Below are positions 39,442 to 49,355 of a stretch of 64,000 nt of DNA, piece by piece. The notes under the pieces were generated by a model. The model saw only the letters and a list, made by a program, of their open reading frames with translations. It was not told the DNA's origin and did no database searches. Location of the stretch: the IMG/VR virus record IMGVR_UViG_3300027714_000006; one strand, given 5' to 3'. The first letter of the stretch is position 1; each line of letters opens with the position of its first letter. The translations under genes and the position numbers were made by a program. Source of the stretch: an uncultured virus (IMG/VR IMGVR_UViG_3300027714_000006). Taxonomy: Duplodnaviria; Heunggongvirae; Uroviricota; Caudoviricetes.

Positions 39442-40506
39442 ATGGAGCAAACAGAACAATTACAAAAGATGCAACAAGCAATCGCTTCACTAGAAGCTCA
39501 AACGTTTAAAATATTTATTTTAACACAAGACACCAAAGGAGTCCAAAGAGCTTCAGTGATTACCAATTACAGAATGGTAAAAGTATTAACTGATTTAGGG
39601 TACGATGCTTGTATCTTACACGAGAAAAAAGACTACCAAGGAGTATCCGAGTGGTTAAGTGAAGAATATTCACAATTACCACACGCTTGTATTGAAGAAG
39701 GTAATCTACAAGTAGGAGCACAAGATTTAGTTATCGTACCAGAAGTTTTTGGTCATGTACTAGAACAAACAAAAGAAATGCCTTGTGCAAGAGCGGTACT
39801 ATGCCAATCTTATGATTACATATTCGAAACACTACAACCAGGACAAAGTTGGCCAATATTTAACGTTAACAAATGTTTAACCACTAGTGACGAATCTATG
39901 AACCACATAAAAAGTGTATTCCCTGGATTAGACGTATCTACATTTAGATTGTCTATCCCGGATTATTTTAAACCTGACGATAAACCAAAAAAACCTATTA
40001 TAGCTATCCATACAAGAGACCCTAGAGATACAGCTAAGATAGTTAAAACTTTCTACGTTAAATATCCACAATATAGATGGGTAACTTTTAGAGATATGAG
40101 AGGTTTATCAAGAGAAGATTTTGCTGAAGCATTAGGTGAATCATGTTTGTCGGTTTGGGTAGATGATATTTCAGGATTAGGTACATTCCCGTTAGAATCT
40201 ATGAAATGTGGGACACCAGTTATAGGTAAAATACCTAACATGAAACCAGGATGGATGGAAGAAAAAAATGGATTCTGGACATACGAATTAAATCAAATGG
40301 TAGATATCACTTCGTCTTATTTTAAAAATTGGTTAGAAGACTCTATACCACAAGAACTATACGACGCGATGGAAGAAACACACGCACAATACTCAGAAGA
40401 AAACGAAACTGAAGATATAAAAAACTTCATAGAAGATTACGCTAACCTTAGAAAAGAAGGTCTAGTTCAAAATTTAGATAAATTTACTCAACCACAAAAC
40501 GCATAA
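39442..40506 (+). CDS. Glycosyltransferase, GT-B fold (GT4-like)
   Basis: VIVPEV and SGLGTFPLESMKCGTPVIG. Confidence 0.78.
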   Translation: MEQTEQLQKMQQAIASLEAQTFKIFILTQDTKGVQRASVITNYRMVKVLTDLGYDACILHEKKDYQGVSEWLSEEYSQLPHACIEEGNLQVGAQDLVIVPEVFGHVLEQTKEMPCARAVLCQSYDYIFETLQPGQSWPIFNVNKCLTTSDESMNHIKSVFPGLDVSTFRLSIPDYFKPDDKPKKPIIAIHTRDPRDTAKIVKTFYVKYPQYRWVTFRDMRGLSREDFAEALGESCLSVWVDDISGLGTFPLESMKCGTPVIGKIPNMKPGWMEEKNGFWTYELNQMVDITSSYFKNWLEDSIPQELYDAMEETHAQYSEENETEDIKNFIEDYANLRKEGLVQNLDKFTQPQNA

Positions 40507-40509
40507 AAA

Positions 40510-41382
40510 ATGAAAGATATAACTGTTTTAATACCCGTACATACAATAGAAGGAAACTTTAATGACTGGTTTAGCAAGTCAATTAAAAGTATTCAAGAAA
40601 ATACAATTAAACCTGAAAAGGTAGCTATAATTCACTGTGATTGTGAAGAAGTAAAATCATTTATGGAAGCATATGATTTTGGTGAACTAAATGTGGAATA
40701 CATGATAAATGAAGGTGACCTAGACTTTTGTTCACAAATAAATTATGGTGTAAGCCAATTAAAAACTACATGGTTCTCTATTTTAGAATTCGACGATGAG
40801 TACTCTACAATATGGTTTAAAAATATAGAAAAATATAAAAACGCTTATAAGAAAGCATCAATCTTCTTACCTTTAGTTGTGGATGTGGATGAAGCTGGTC
40901 AGTTTATAAGTTTCACCAATGAAGCACTATGGGCTATGAAATTCTCAGATAAATTAGGTTTTCTAGATAACACAGCTCTATTAAATTACCAAAATTTCCA
41001 AACTAGTGGTATGGCGATGAAAAAAGAAGACTTCGAAGCTATAGGTGGATTTAAAAGTTCTATGAAACTTACATTTGTTTACGAATTTTTATTAAGAGCT
41101 ACCTATAATGACTTACAAATTATGTCAATACCTAAAGTAGGTTATAAACATACAAACATGAGAGTGGAATCGTTATTCTGGGAATATAAAAACCACAGTA
41201 GTGATAAATTAATGCCAGAGGAAGCAAAGTTTTGGATGGACACAGCTAAAAAAGAGTACTTCTTTAAAGCTGATAGAAAAGTCAAATACACTGATAATGG
41301 TGAAATAAAAAATGTTAGCGTAGATTCTGTTGGTGGTTCTGTAAAAGAAATACAACCAAAGACAGAAGAAACAGCTGAGTAA
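40510..41382 (+). CDS. Glycosyltransferase family 2
   Basis: ITVLIPVH, QINYG, LEFDDEY and IGGFK. Confidence 0.78.
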   Translation: MKDITVLIPVHTIEGNFNDWFSKSIKSIQENTIKPEKVAIIHCDCEEVKSFMEAYDFGELNVEYMINEGDLDFCSQINYGVSQLKTTWFSILEFDDEYSTIWFKNIEKYKNAYKKASIFLPLVVDVDEAGQFISFTNEALWAMKFSDKLGFLDNTALLNYQNFQTSGMAMKKEDFEAIGGFKSSMKLTFVYEFLLRATYNDLQIMSIPKVGYKHTNMRVESLFWEYKNHSSDKLMPEEAKFWMDTAKKEYFFKADRKVKYTDNGEIKNVSVDSVGGSVKEIQPKTEETAE

Positions 41383-41392
41383 AACCTATATA

Positions 41393-42091
41393 ATGCCCCG
41401 TAAGTCAACCCAAAAAGTATATTTCGGTCAAGAACAAGAGTACGCTGTTAGAATGTTTCTAACAGCCAGTACTTGGACTGAAAAAGATAGGATATATAAA
41501 GATTATCTATATGCTCCACTAAATAAAATGATTGACTCTATTATTAGAAGGTATAAATTATATAGAAAAGGTTTAGAATTTAGAGATATTCACGCTGACA
41601 CACTTTCTTTCTTAATTACAAAAGCTGAAAAGTTTAAACCAGAAAAAAATAAAAAAGCTTATTCTTATTTTGGGACCATATGTAAGAATTACCTAATGGG
41701 TCAGATAATAAAAGATAGGAAAGAAATGATTAGAAACATATCCTATGAGGACATCTCCAGTAGTATACAGGAAAGGGATGACATGGTTTATTATATGCAT
41801 AAAGATGGGTTAGAACCTAATGAACTTACTAAAAAGTTAATAATACAGATTGAGGAGTTCATGGAAGAAAATGACCTTAACGAGAATGAAGAAAAAATAG
41901 GATTAGCTTTAGTGGACGTGTTTGTAAACTACGAAGCTATTTTTGTACACGGAAAAGGTAATAAATTTAATAAAAACTTAATACTCCTATCTCTAAGAGA
42001 AATGACCGGATTAACTACCAAAGAAATAAGAAATGCTTTAAAAAAATATAAAGTAATATATAAATCTTTAGTAGAGACACTTAGGAAGTAG
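41393..42091 (+). CDS. Phage late sigma factor (T4 gp55-like)
   Basis: KAEKFKPEKNKKAYSYFGTICKNYL resembles sigma region 2 and gp55; size and position fit. Confidence 0.68.
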   Translation: MPRKSTQKVYFGQEQEYAVRMFLTASTWTEKDRIYKDYLYAPLNKMIDSIIRRYKLYRKGLEFRDIHADTLSFLITKAEKFKPEKNKKAYSYFGTICKNYLMGQIIKDRKEMIRNISYEDISSSIQERDDMVYYMHKDGLEPNELTKKLIIQIEEFMEENDLNENEEKIGLALVDVFVNYEAIFVHGKGNKFNKNLILLSLREMTGLTTKEIRNALKKYKVIYKSLVETLRK

Positions 42092-42127
42092 GGTTGCAAA
42101 TATTTATTGTTATAAAAATATGACAAA

Positions 42128-42496
42128 ATGCCAAGACCTAAGAAAAAACAAATTACATTAGACACGAATAGTGTTTTAGCTTTATTACAGGAGATTTATA
42201 ATGAGTGTGTAGAACAAAGGAACACAGCTATTAGAATTCAGAACAAAATGCTAACTTTTATGCATGGTCCAGAAGACTTACAATTGTTAGGTCCTGTTAT
42301 AAAAGAACAACAAAAAATAGTGGACTCCACAATAGAGAAAAAGATTCAACTATCAAAAATCCAATCAAATCTAACACTAAAAGATTCAGAGGGTGGTGAG
42401 ACACCATTTAGTTTTTCACTAGACGACAAAGACGCTTTAAACGCATTGTTAAATAAAGAGTCGGAAGATAAAGAAGACACTAAATACACAATGTAA
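42128..42496 (+). CDS. Hypothetical coiled-coil protein
   Basis: 122 aa; TATTTAT at 42101. Confidence 0.7.
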   Translation: MPRPKKKQITLDTNSVLALLQEIYNECVEQRNTAIRIQNKMLTFMHGPEDLQLLGPVIKEQQKIVDSTIEKKIQLSKIQSNLTLKDSEGGETPFSFSLDDKDALNALLNKESEDKEDTKYTM

Positions 42497-44415
42497 TGCC
42501 TACAGATAATCAAGAAGCCAAATCAAGTATTGTTACCAGATTCCAAAACCTATCCACGTTTAAAAAAATAAAAGAAGGTAAGGAAAAAAAACAACAACAA
42601 ATAAGGAGTATAATGGACTCCTACGATAATATAAAAGATAAATCTAATAACCTTATACCTTATTTGATGGACCTTATTCAAGTAGGTGGTGGGAAAGATG
42701 CTGTTAAAAGGGTAAGAAAAAAGATAACTACGGGTATTGGTAAAATGAATCCTGAGATTAAAGAAATTATATTTGAAGAACTTCTAAACTTTTTGAATTG
42801 TAATCTAGATTTTGAAATCCCAGCCGCGGATGGACCAGTATTAGGGAATCCAAACGCTAATGATATCGTTCTAGACATTAGAGGGGTTGATATTATGGAG
42901 TTACTTAAGGTTTCACCATCAGACACACCAGGTAAGTTTCTTTATGAAAAAGAATCTATGTCTGTGGGTAGTGTCCCTTTTGCAATGAATAAACAATTGT
43001 ATGATGTTATATCCAACCCTTCTGGTACATTTACCATTTACGGGGCCTCCACCAATAAACTGTTTGATATTGTTTATGACGGTACCACAAGTTTAACTAT
43101 AAGACCATATGGTAGAGATGGGTCATTTTCCACAGGACCTACAGTGCCAGCGAATGCTACCCCATGGAAAGGAGCACCGGGAGAAAATAACTATAAGTTA
43201 ACCGAATTTATAAGAGATTATTTTGATTCTATAGATATGTTTGGAAAGACTAATTTTATGGCTATGCTTTTTGAAATATTAGAAGGTGTGGTATCTATAC
43301 AGTTAGGTAAAACACCTTTAGAGTTGGAATTAGATGGTAAGTTTTGGGAAATAATTAAAAGAATTTTAGGTTTATGTGGTGATGATGATGTGGGTTTAGG
43401 TAATGAAGTTAATGTTTCAGGTACCGGCCATTTATCTGACGATGATGTGGACACTAACTTGTTTGAGTTTGGACCACAAGACCTTAGACACATATATGAT
43501 TTAGCGAATCTAAGAATGAAAGGGATGATTAGGTTTGAAGATTGTGATAATATAGAAAAACCTGTCGATGTGGACGGGATTAATTCGGCACTAGAGTCCT
43601 TACTGGGTGAATCTGACCCAACAGTAGAAAATATTAAGATTGAACAAGCACTAAATAACAATATAAATGGTTTTGGTATTAACATACCTAATTTGGATTT
43701 GAATATTAATTTAGATATTATAAAACAATTACCTAAAATATTAGTCAGTTTAATCCTAACACCAAAGATAATATTACCCATAGTGACAGCTTGGGTGGCT
43801 ATAGGGAACACGATGAGCTCCATAAACAAAGAAGAGTTCCTAAAAGAATTTATTAGGTTGGTTAAAAGAATCATAAAAAGATTAAAAGATTTATTAATAA
43901 AGATTTTATACGATGAAGTAAAAAAATTCATATTACAATTAATAGATTACTTAACCAGTCAAATAATGGGGGAACAAATGATGAAACAAATGCAGATAAT
44001 ACAATCATTAATTACTTTATTAACCACAGTATTGGAAATGATAGATAATTTAATGAACTGTAAAAGTATATTGGATAGTATTATGAGGTTACTAAAAATT
44101 CCTTTACCCCCTGGGGGTGGATTGAACGTGCCTAGTACTTTAAGATTTGCAACTTCTGCACGTCCAGGCTATTCTAAAACTAGAGCGGTTCTTAATACTT
44201 TAGAAAATTTAGAAGAATCTGGAATAGATGTGTCGGATAACCCAGATGGGTCACCTAATGAGTATGTTACAGCATTAATGGCTTATGAAGATGGGAGAAC
44301 AAAGGAGTTTGATACTAATGCTGTCACAAAAGTTGGGATTTACCCCATGACAGTTAAAACACCAGGAGGTATTGGTACTACCGATAAAGGACAAGGTACA
44401 GGATTAACAGCTTAA
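42496..44415 (+). CDS. Hypothetical, probably virion/baseplate-associated protein with hydrophobic helical segments
   Basis: 639 aa; in the late operon upstream of the spike gene. Confidence 0.55.
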   Translation: MPTDNQEAKSSIVTRFQNLSTFKKIKEGKEKKQQQIRSIMDSYDNIKDKSNNLIPYLMDLIQVGGGKDAVKRVRKKITTGIGKMNPEIKEIIFEELLNFLNCNLDFEIPAADGPVLGNPNANDIVLDIRGVDIMELLKVSPSDTPGKFLYEKESMSVGSVPFAMNKQLYDVISNPSGTFTIYGASTNKLFDIVYDGTTSLTIRPYGRDGSFSTGPTVPANATPWKGAPGENNYKLTEFIRDYFDSIDMFGKTNFMAMLFEILEGVVSIQLGKTPLELELDGKFWEIIKRILGLCGDDDVGLGNEVNVSGTGHLSDDDVDTNLFEFGPQDLRHIYDLANLRMKGMIRFEDCDNIEKPVDVDGINSALESLLGESDPTVENIKIEQALNNNINGFGINIPNLDLNINLDIIKQLPKILVSLILTPKIILPIVTAWVAIGNTMSSINKEEFLKEFIRLVKRIIKRLKDLLIKILYDEVKKFILQLIDYLTSQIMGEQMMKQMQIIQSLITLLTTVLEMIDNLMNCKSILDSIMRLLKIPLPPGGGLNVPSTLRFATSARPGYSKTRAVLNTLENLEESGIDVSDNPDGSPNEYVTALMAYEDGRTKEFDTNAVTKVGIYPMTVKTPGGIGTTDKGQGTGLTA

Positions 44416-44416
44416 T

Positions 44417-44632
44417 ATGGAAAAAAACAAATTACAAAATATAATAGAGGAACATAAAGATAAGACTAATAAAGATTTATTAGAAGCTGCAGATACTTTA
44501 AAAAATGAATTTGATGAAACCAAAGAGTTACTAGTTAAACTAAGTAAACATTTGGATTTTGTGGAGGAAGCTTATTTTAAAGTCTATAACGAGTTAAAAG
44601 GTAGAGCAAGACTAACAGAAGATAATGGCTAA
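44417..44632 (+). CDS. Small coiled-coil hypothetical protein
   Basis: 71 aa; overlaps the next start codon. Confidence 0.65.
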   Translation: MEKNKLQNIIEEHKDKTNKDLLEAADTLKNEFDETKELLVKLSKHLDFVEEAYFKVYNELKGRARLTEDNG

Positions 44633-46298
44633 AGGAGTGCAAAAAATTAACCCACAGAATAACATATACTTCGGTGTGTGTATAGACAATAATGACCCTA
44701 TAAGAGCGGGGAGAATTAGACTAGTAGCTGATTTTGAATATAAAAGTGAAACACCACAGAATTACGTTGACTCTACTTACGAAACTTCTTATAGTGATAA
44801 GGGTTACTCTAGCGTGGAAGCTATGTATTGGTCTAAAGATGACCCTTTTCTTACACAACCACTACTACCCATACATATAAACGTTTCACCGAGTGTCAGT
44901 GACAACGTACCTATTATGTTTTACCAAGACTCCAACAAAGAACAGAATAGGGTATACGTAGGTTCAACTATTTCACAACCACACCATTTAGGTGGTACAG
45001 ATGCTTTAGGTGAACATTATGGTTCTGGTAGAAAGGGGTATTCTAAAGGAACTAGAGATAAAGGAAGTGAAGCTATAACTAATAACGAAAAATCAAATGG
45101 TACTTTTGCTAACCCCAATACCGTTTCCATAGACGGAAAAGATAATTCAGATATTATATTGGGTTCTAGGGAGGTGGTTATTAGGGCAGGTAAGTTCAAA
45201 CCAAATACACAATCACCATGGTTCCCAACAAAAAACGATGACGTTACCATGCTCCAACTGTCTAGTTTTATTACAGCTAAAGAAATGGAGAAAACGGTAC
45301 ATGAGGAACCGGAAGTGGAGGTAGGTGAAGTTAATTATTTAATAGAGTATGATATAGACGACCTTAGTCAAGTAGGTGGTTTTTACGGGAATGTTAAATT
45401 ATGGGAAGTAACAGCTAATGGTGAGATAGAGATACCAAGAGCCTTATCAAGTAAAGATATTGGTAAAACTACAAACATTTTAAGTTCTTGGGACACAAAA
45501 CCATTAGTAGAATTATCGTTCGGACCACAACCAATGAGTGGGGTAACGTATTTAATAGATAAATTTATAAATGAAGCGAATGGTAGTGGTCCAGCCGGAA
45601 ACGGATTTTTGGATTCAGTACCATCAGTTAGTGGTGGGTGGTCAAAAAATTTCCTTAACTATAGCCCAATAAGTACAGGTACTGAATCACCAGCAGGGAG
45701 TACTGACATACGTAACTTATGGCCTTTTTACTATAGACCAACAATAGGGTTCCAAGAGGCTGTAGCCACTGGGAATAAAATAGCCGTCCAAATAGAGTCA
45801 CAAATTAAAGGGGTGGTAGGTGTAGATGATAGTTTTGGCTTGGTATTTTCACAATTAAGTCCATCACCTGTAGAAAAAATCAAAAAGACTGAATTAGAAG
45901 AAGCAAAAGACGACCCCGATAAAGAACAAGGTGTTGCGACATTATTAAGTGATAAAATATTATTATTCGCGTACCCATCTAAAATTGCTAGTAAAGGTGA
46001 TAACAATCCGACAAAAGAATCAAAAACAAATTACGACCAATCACCATACAAAACAGGTATAGACCAAAAAACACTAATACAGACCCAGGACAAGTACATG
46101 GAACCTTTAGTAAGGGGAGAACAACTAGTATTACTTCTAGAAATGATGCGAGACTGGATGAGAGGTCACTGTCATCATTTCCCCCAAGGGACCCCATTTG
46201 ATAAACCTAAAGAAGGTAATGTAACACTAAGTGACATTGATGAGGCTTTAAATACTGCGAGGACAGAAATATTAAATCAGAATATTAGAATCAACTAA
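44625..46298 (+). CDS. Baseplate central spike/hub protein (gp5/gpV-like)
   Basis: N-terminal GVCIDNNDPIRAGRIR (gp5 OB-fold start); C-terminal PLVRGE and HCHH metal-binding tip motif. Confidence 0.72.
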   Translation: MAKGVQKINPQNNIYFGVCIDNNDPIRAGRIRLVADFEYKSETPQNYVDSTYETSYSDKGYSSVEAMYWSKDDPFLTQPLLPIHINVSPSVSDNVPIMFYQDSNKEQNRVYVGSTISQPHHLGGTDALGEHYGSGRKGYSKGTRDKGSEAITNNEKSNGTFANPNTVSIDGKDNSDIILGSREVVIRAGKFKPNTQSPWFPTKNDDVTMLQLSSFITAKEMEKTVHEEPEVEVGEVNYLIEYDIDDLSQVGGFYGNVKLWEVTANGEIEIPRALSSKDIGKTTNILSSWDTKPLVELSFGPQPMSGVTYLIDKFINEANGSGPAGNGFLDSVPSVSGGWSKNFLNYSPISTGTESPAGSTDIRNLWPFYYRPTIGFQEAVATGNKIAVQIESQIKGVVGVDDSFGLVFSQLSPSPVEKIKKTELEEAKDDPDKEQGVATLLSDKILLFAYPSKIASKGDNNPTKESKTNYDQSPYKTGIDQKTLIQTQDKYMEPLVRGEQLVLLLEMMRDWMRGHCHHFPQGTPFDKPKEGNVTLSDIDEALNTARTEILNQNIRIN

Positions 46299-46322
46299 CT
46301 ATTTATAGTTAAAGATATTTTA

Positions 46323-47837
46323 ATGGCTCTACATAAATCATATTTTAGTAAAAATAATACAATAGTAAAAGGTAGTGAGGTAAACACTGCTAAAAATCCA
46401 GTCACTGAATTATATTATGGTGGTGGGTATACTTCAATAAACTCTTCTGGGGGTACCACAAGTACATCATCTAAGTTTTCAAGATTTATATTTGATTTGG
46501 ATTTACAGGATTTAAAACGTAAATACGCTGATGGTACTATAGTTGTAGCGGGTGGATGTGGCAATTCGGCTACCACACATACTCTAAGAATGGTGAATAC
46601 TTCGTTTTTTGATACAGAACTTTTAAATACTGAAAATGCCTCTGCACGTATGAGAGCAACTTCTTTTGACCTTTTATTATTTAAAATAGTGGATAATGTT
46701 CATGTTTCAGCGACTACAGCATGTTGGGACGAGGGTGTAGGGTACGACTACAAATCTTCATGGGATTTCCAAGCGATGAAAACGGACAAAAGTTATTCAG
46801 AAAGACCAAGTAACTATTTTAAAGCTACCACCTTACAGTCGTGGTTATATCCAGGAATTTATAATAACGGTGGAGCACCAGCTGTTTCTATTATAGATAC
46901 ACAACATTTCGATAACGGTAATGAGAATATTGTGTTTGATATGTCAGCAGAAATTAATAACATATTAAGTGGTGGTACTCCTGATGATTGTGGGTACGGT
47001 ATTTCGTTTTTTGCTAGGTATGAAAATATGACAGGGTTAACAGAAAGTTATTCGGTAGGGTTTTACACAAAATACACACAAACATTTTATGAACCTTATC
47101 TAGAAAGTAATTATGATGATACTATAGAAGACTCTAGAGCGAATTTTTATGAAGGAAAGACTAATTGTTTATACTTGTATGTGAATGCCGGTGGTCACCC
47201 AGTAGATTTAGACTCTTTGCCTAGTGTTACCATATACGACAATAGTAATAATATTGTTTCAGCACTAACATCCACCAATATATCCAAAGTTACTAAAGGT
47301 GTTTACTGTACTTGTTTTAGTATAGATTGTGATACCTACACCACACCTTGTTTATTTAGAGACCAATGGTCAAACGTAGAAATAAATGGTGTGTGTAAAG
47401 ATAAAGTAACCAACAAGTTCACATTAAAATCCAATAGTGAGTATTTTAATATAGGGACCAATGTGGGTGAACCTAAAACTTATGGTTATTCTTTTAGTGG
47501 TTTAAAAAAGGCTGAAAAAATAGTAGGTGGTGATGTTAGAAAAATTATAGTATCAGCAAGAAAACCATATACGGTTAATGTTAATGTGGATGTGTCTGAT
47601 TTAGAGTATAGGGTATTTGTTAAACAAGGTACACAACAAGTAGAAACACACCCATGGAGTAAAGTTAGTCGTGCATACAACCAAAACTACTTTATTATCG
47701 ACACTGGGGATATGATACCTAATGAGTATTTTATAGACTTAAAAGCCACTTCCAATCTAGAGGTTAACAGTTACCGGGAGGCAATAAATTTCCAAGTTGT
47801 TAGTCAGGCTAATTATTTTGGTAACCCACCTTCTTAA
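46323..47837 (+). CDS. Putative virion structural protein
   Basis: 504 aa, beta-rich; TATTTATA at 46300; SGGT, TGLT and SATT motifs. Confidence 0.6.
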   Translation: MALHKSYFSKNNTIVKGSEVNTAKNPVTELYYGGGYTSINSSGGTTSTSSKFSRFIFDLDLQDLKRKYADGTIVVAGGCGNSATTHTLRMVNTSFFDTELLNTENASARMRATSFDLLLFKIVDNVHVSATTACWDEGVGYDYKSSWDFQAMKTDKSYSERPSNYFKATTLQSWLYPGIYNNGGAPAVSIIDTQHFDNGNENIVFDMSAEINNILSGGTPDDCGYGISFFARYENMTGLTESYSVGFYTKYTQTFYEPYLESNYDDTIEDSRANFYEGKTNCLYLYVNAGGHPVDLDSLPSVTIYDNSNNIVSALTSTNISKVTKGVYCTCFSIDCDTYTTPCLFRDQWSNVEINGVCKDKVTNKFTLKSNSEYFNIGTNVGEPKTYGYSFSGLKKAEKIVGGDVRKIIVSARKPYTVNVNVDVSDLEYRVFVKQGTQQVETHPWSKVSRAYNQNYFIIDTGDMIPNEYFIDLKATSNLEVNSYREAINFQVVSQANYFGNPPS

Positions 47838-47838
47838 A

Positions 47839-48627
47839 ATGAAAGACTTAATAAAAAGAATATTACGAGAACAAACAGAACCTACACTAAAAGACAAAAT
47901 ATTTAGTTTAGTTAAAAATGTTGGGTATGGGTTGGTTGAGTACAACCCCTTAAGTCAGTTAATAAAGTTAATTGCTGGAGCAACACCGACCAAAGCCAGG
48001 TTAATATTTCCAAAAAAAGGGTGGGAAGAGTTTGCTGTTAAAGCTTTAGAGGCGATGGGTCTTGTAACAGGAACCTATAAGACTTTAAAAGAAGCTAATG
48101 AGTTTTTTAATTATTTAAATGATGAGGGTATTATTTTAGAGGAGGTGTTGATTGGTTCTCATGGTACCCCTGGTACTTTATTAATAACACCAAACCGTAC
48201 AAGAAAAAAAGGAGCAGACCAAGAGGTACCAATGACGTATAGTTTCCATGCCGGATTCTTAAAAGGTCTTAAACAAGTTGTGGATTCCAGTACCAAGGTT
48301 TATTTTACAGCCTGTAATGGAGCGGACAAATTAACAATGTTAAAAGAAGCATCAGATTTTTTAAATTGTGAATGTTACGCGTGTATGGGACTTAATTTTA
48401 TTGGGATGGCTTGTGAGGATAGTAACTGGTCTTGTAGTCCGTCAACTGTACCAAGCTTTGGATTTGCACATGAACTGAGTAAAGATGAGAGAACTCTATT
48501 TACAGGTAGCGAAAATTTTAGTAATTCCAAGGAGTATACAGAAAAAGTTAATAAATACTATGAAGAAAAGGGTGTTTGTAGAGAACAACCCAATGTGCCA
48601 TTTAATTGGATAACTATGTTCGGTTAA
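47839..48627 (+). CDS. Caspase-like fold protein (DUF4347/CHAT-like His-Cys dyad) with an N-terminal ILRE leader
   Basis: VLIGSHGTPG and VYFTACNG; likely start MKDLIKRILREQ. Confidence 0.55.
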   Translation: MKDLIKRILREQTEPTLKDKIFSLVKNVGYGLVEYNPLSQLIKLIAGATPTKARLIFPKKGWEEFAVKALEAMGLVTGTYKTLKEANEFFNYLNDEGIILEEVLIGSHGTPGTLLITPNRTRKKGADQEVPMTYSFHAGFLKGLKQVVDSSTKVYFTACNGADKLTMLKEASDFLNCECYACMGLNFIGMACEDSNWSCSPSTVPSFGFAHELSKDERTLFTGSENFSNSKEYTEKVNKYYEEKGVCREQPNVPFNWITMFG

Positions 48628-48667
48628 AATAGTCGGTAACTTACCTACCTAGAACTATTTTTTTTTT
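48626..48667. terminator. Possible bidirectional terminator between convergent genes
   Basis: AAAATAGT...GGTAA-C-TTACC...ACTATTTT followed by a T run. Confidence 0.35.
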
Positions 48668-49355
48668 ACGGATTTAACCTTATTAATCTTACCAAAAAAT
48701 ATTTTATTACCCACCCTAAGACTTAAATTTTCATTTATATTAGTTTCTTCTAATATATTCCTTACTTTCTTTTCTACTATTTCGCTAAAGATTCTTTAAT
48801 CGTTTCTTTTATTACGTTAGCAAAATCAGATGTAGGTATTGTTGTTCTATTTTGAGGTGCAACATTAGTAGGTTTAGATGATGCAGATGGTGGTGGGATA
48901 TCTATTGTTGAACTTTGTGGGATGTTTACTGCTGAGTTAGCGGTATTCCTCATACCATCCACAGAATAATCTTGACTCTTCATTTTTTTAGAAACTTCTT
49001 CTATGAATTCAGGGCTTAACTTATTGGTAGCGTTATTGAAATCCATGGTAGGTATAGGGTTATTAATCATTGCATTTTTAATTGCGTCTGGTAATTTAGA
49101 TTCCATAATCTTTTCCCTACTATGTCCTGACTTAGGGTTCATATTCATTGGTCGTTCTTTTGGTATATGAGCGTTAGGTGAGTTAGGAGCGTTAGGTGGT
49201 AGTTGTGATAACATTTGTTCAGGTGGTACCTGTTCTGTCATTGTTTGGTTCATTGTACGGTTTTGTGAAGTTGGTTTTGTTCCTCCAGTCTCCACCTGTC
49301 CCATAACTTTTTTTGCTTTAAGTAAGGAGTTTTGTAATTTAGTTAAGTCAGCCAT
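48655..49355 (-). CDS. Hypothetical protein interrupted by a 1-nt frameshift near 48786
   Basis: Track ORF stops at 48777, but the -1 frame continues EIVEKKVRNILEETNINENLSLRVGNKIFFGKINKVKSVKKK to TAG at 48655. Confidence 0.65.

Noticed and set aside
17828..41382. Bacterial O-antigen or capsule locus (host contamination or prophage flank)
   Set aside because: Flanked by and interleaved with phage genes, same AT-rich style, and no flippase, polymerase or initiating transferase
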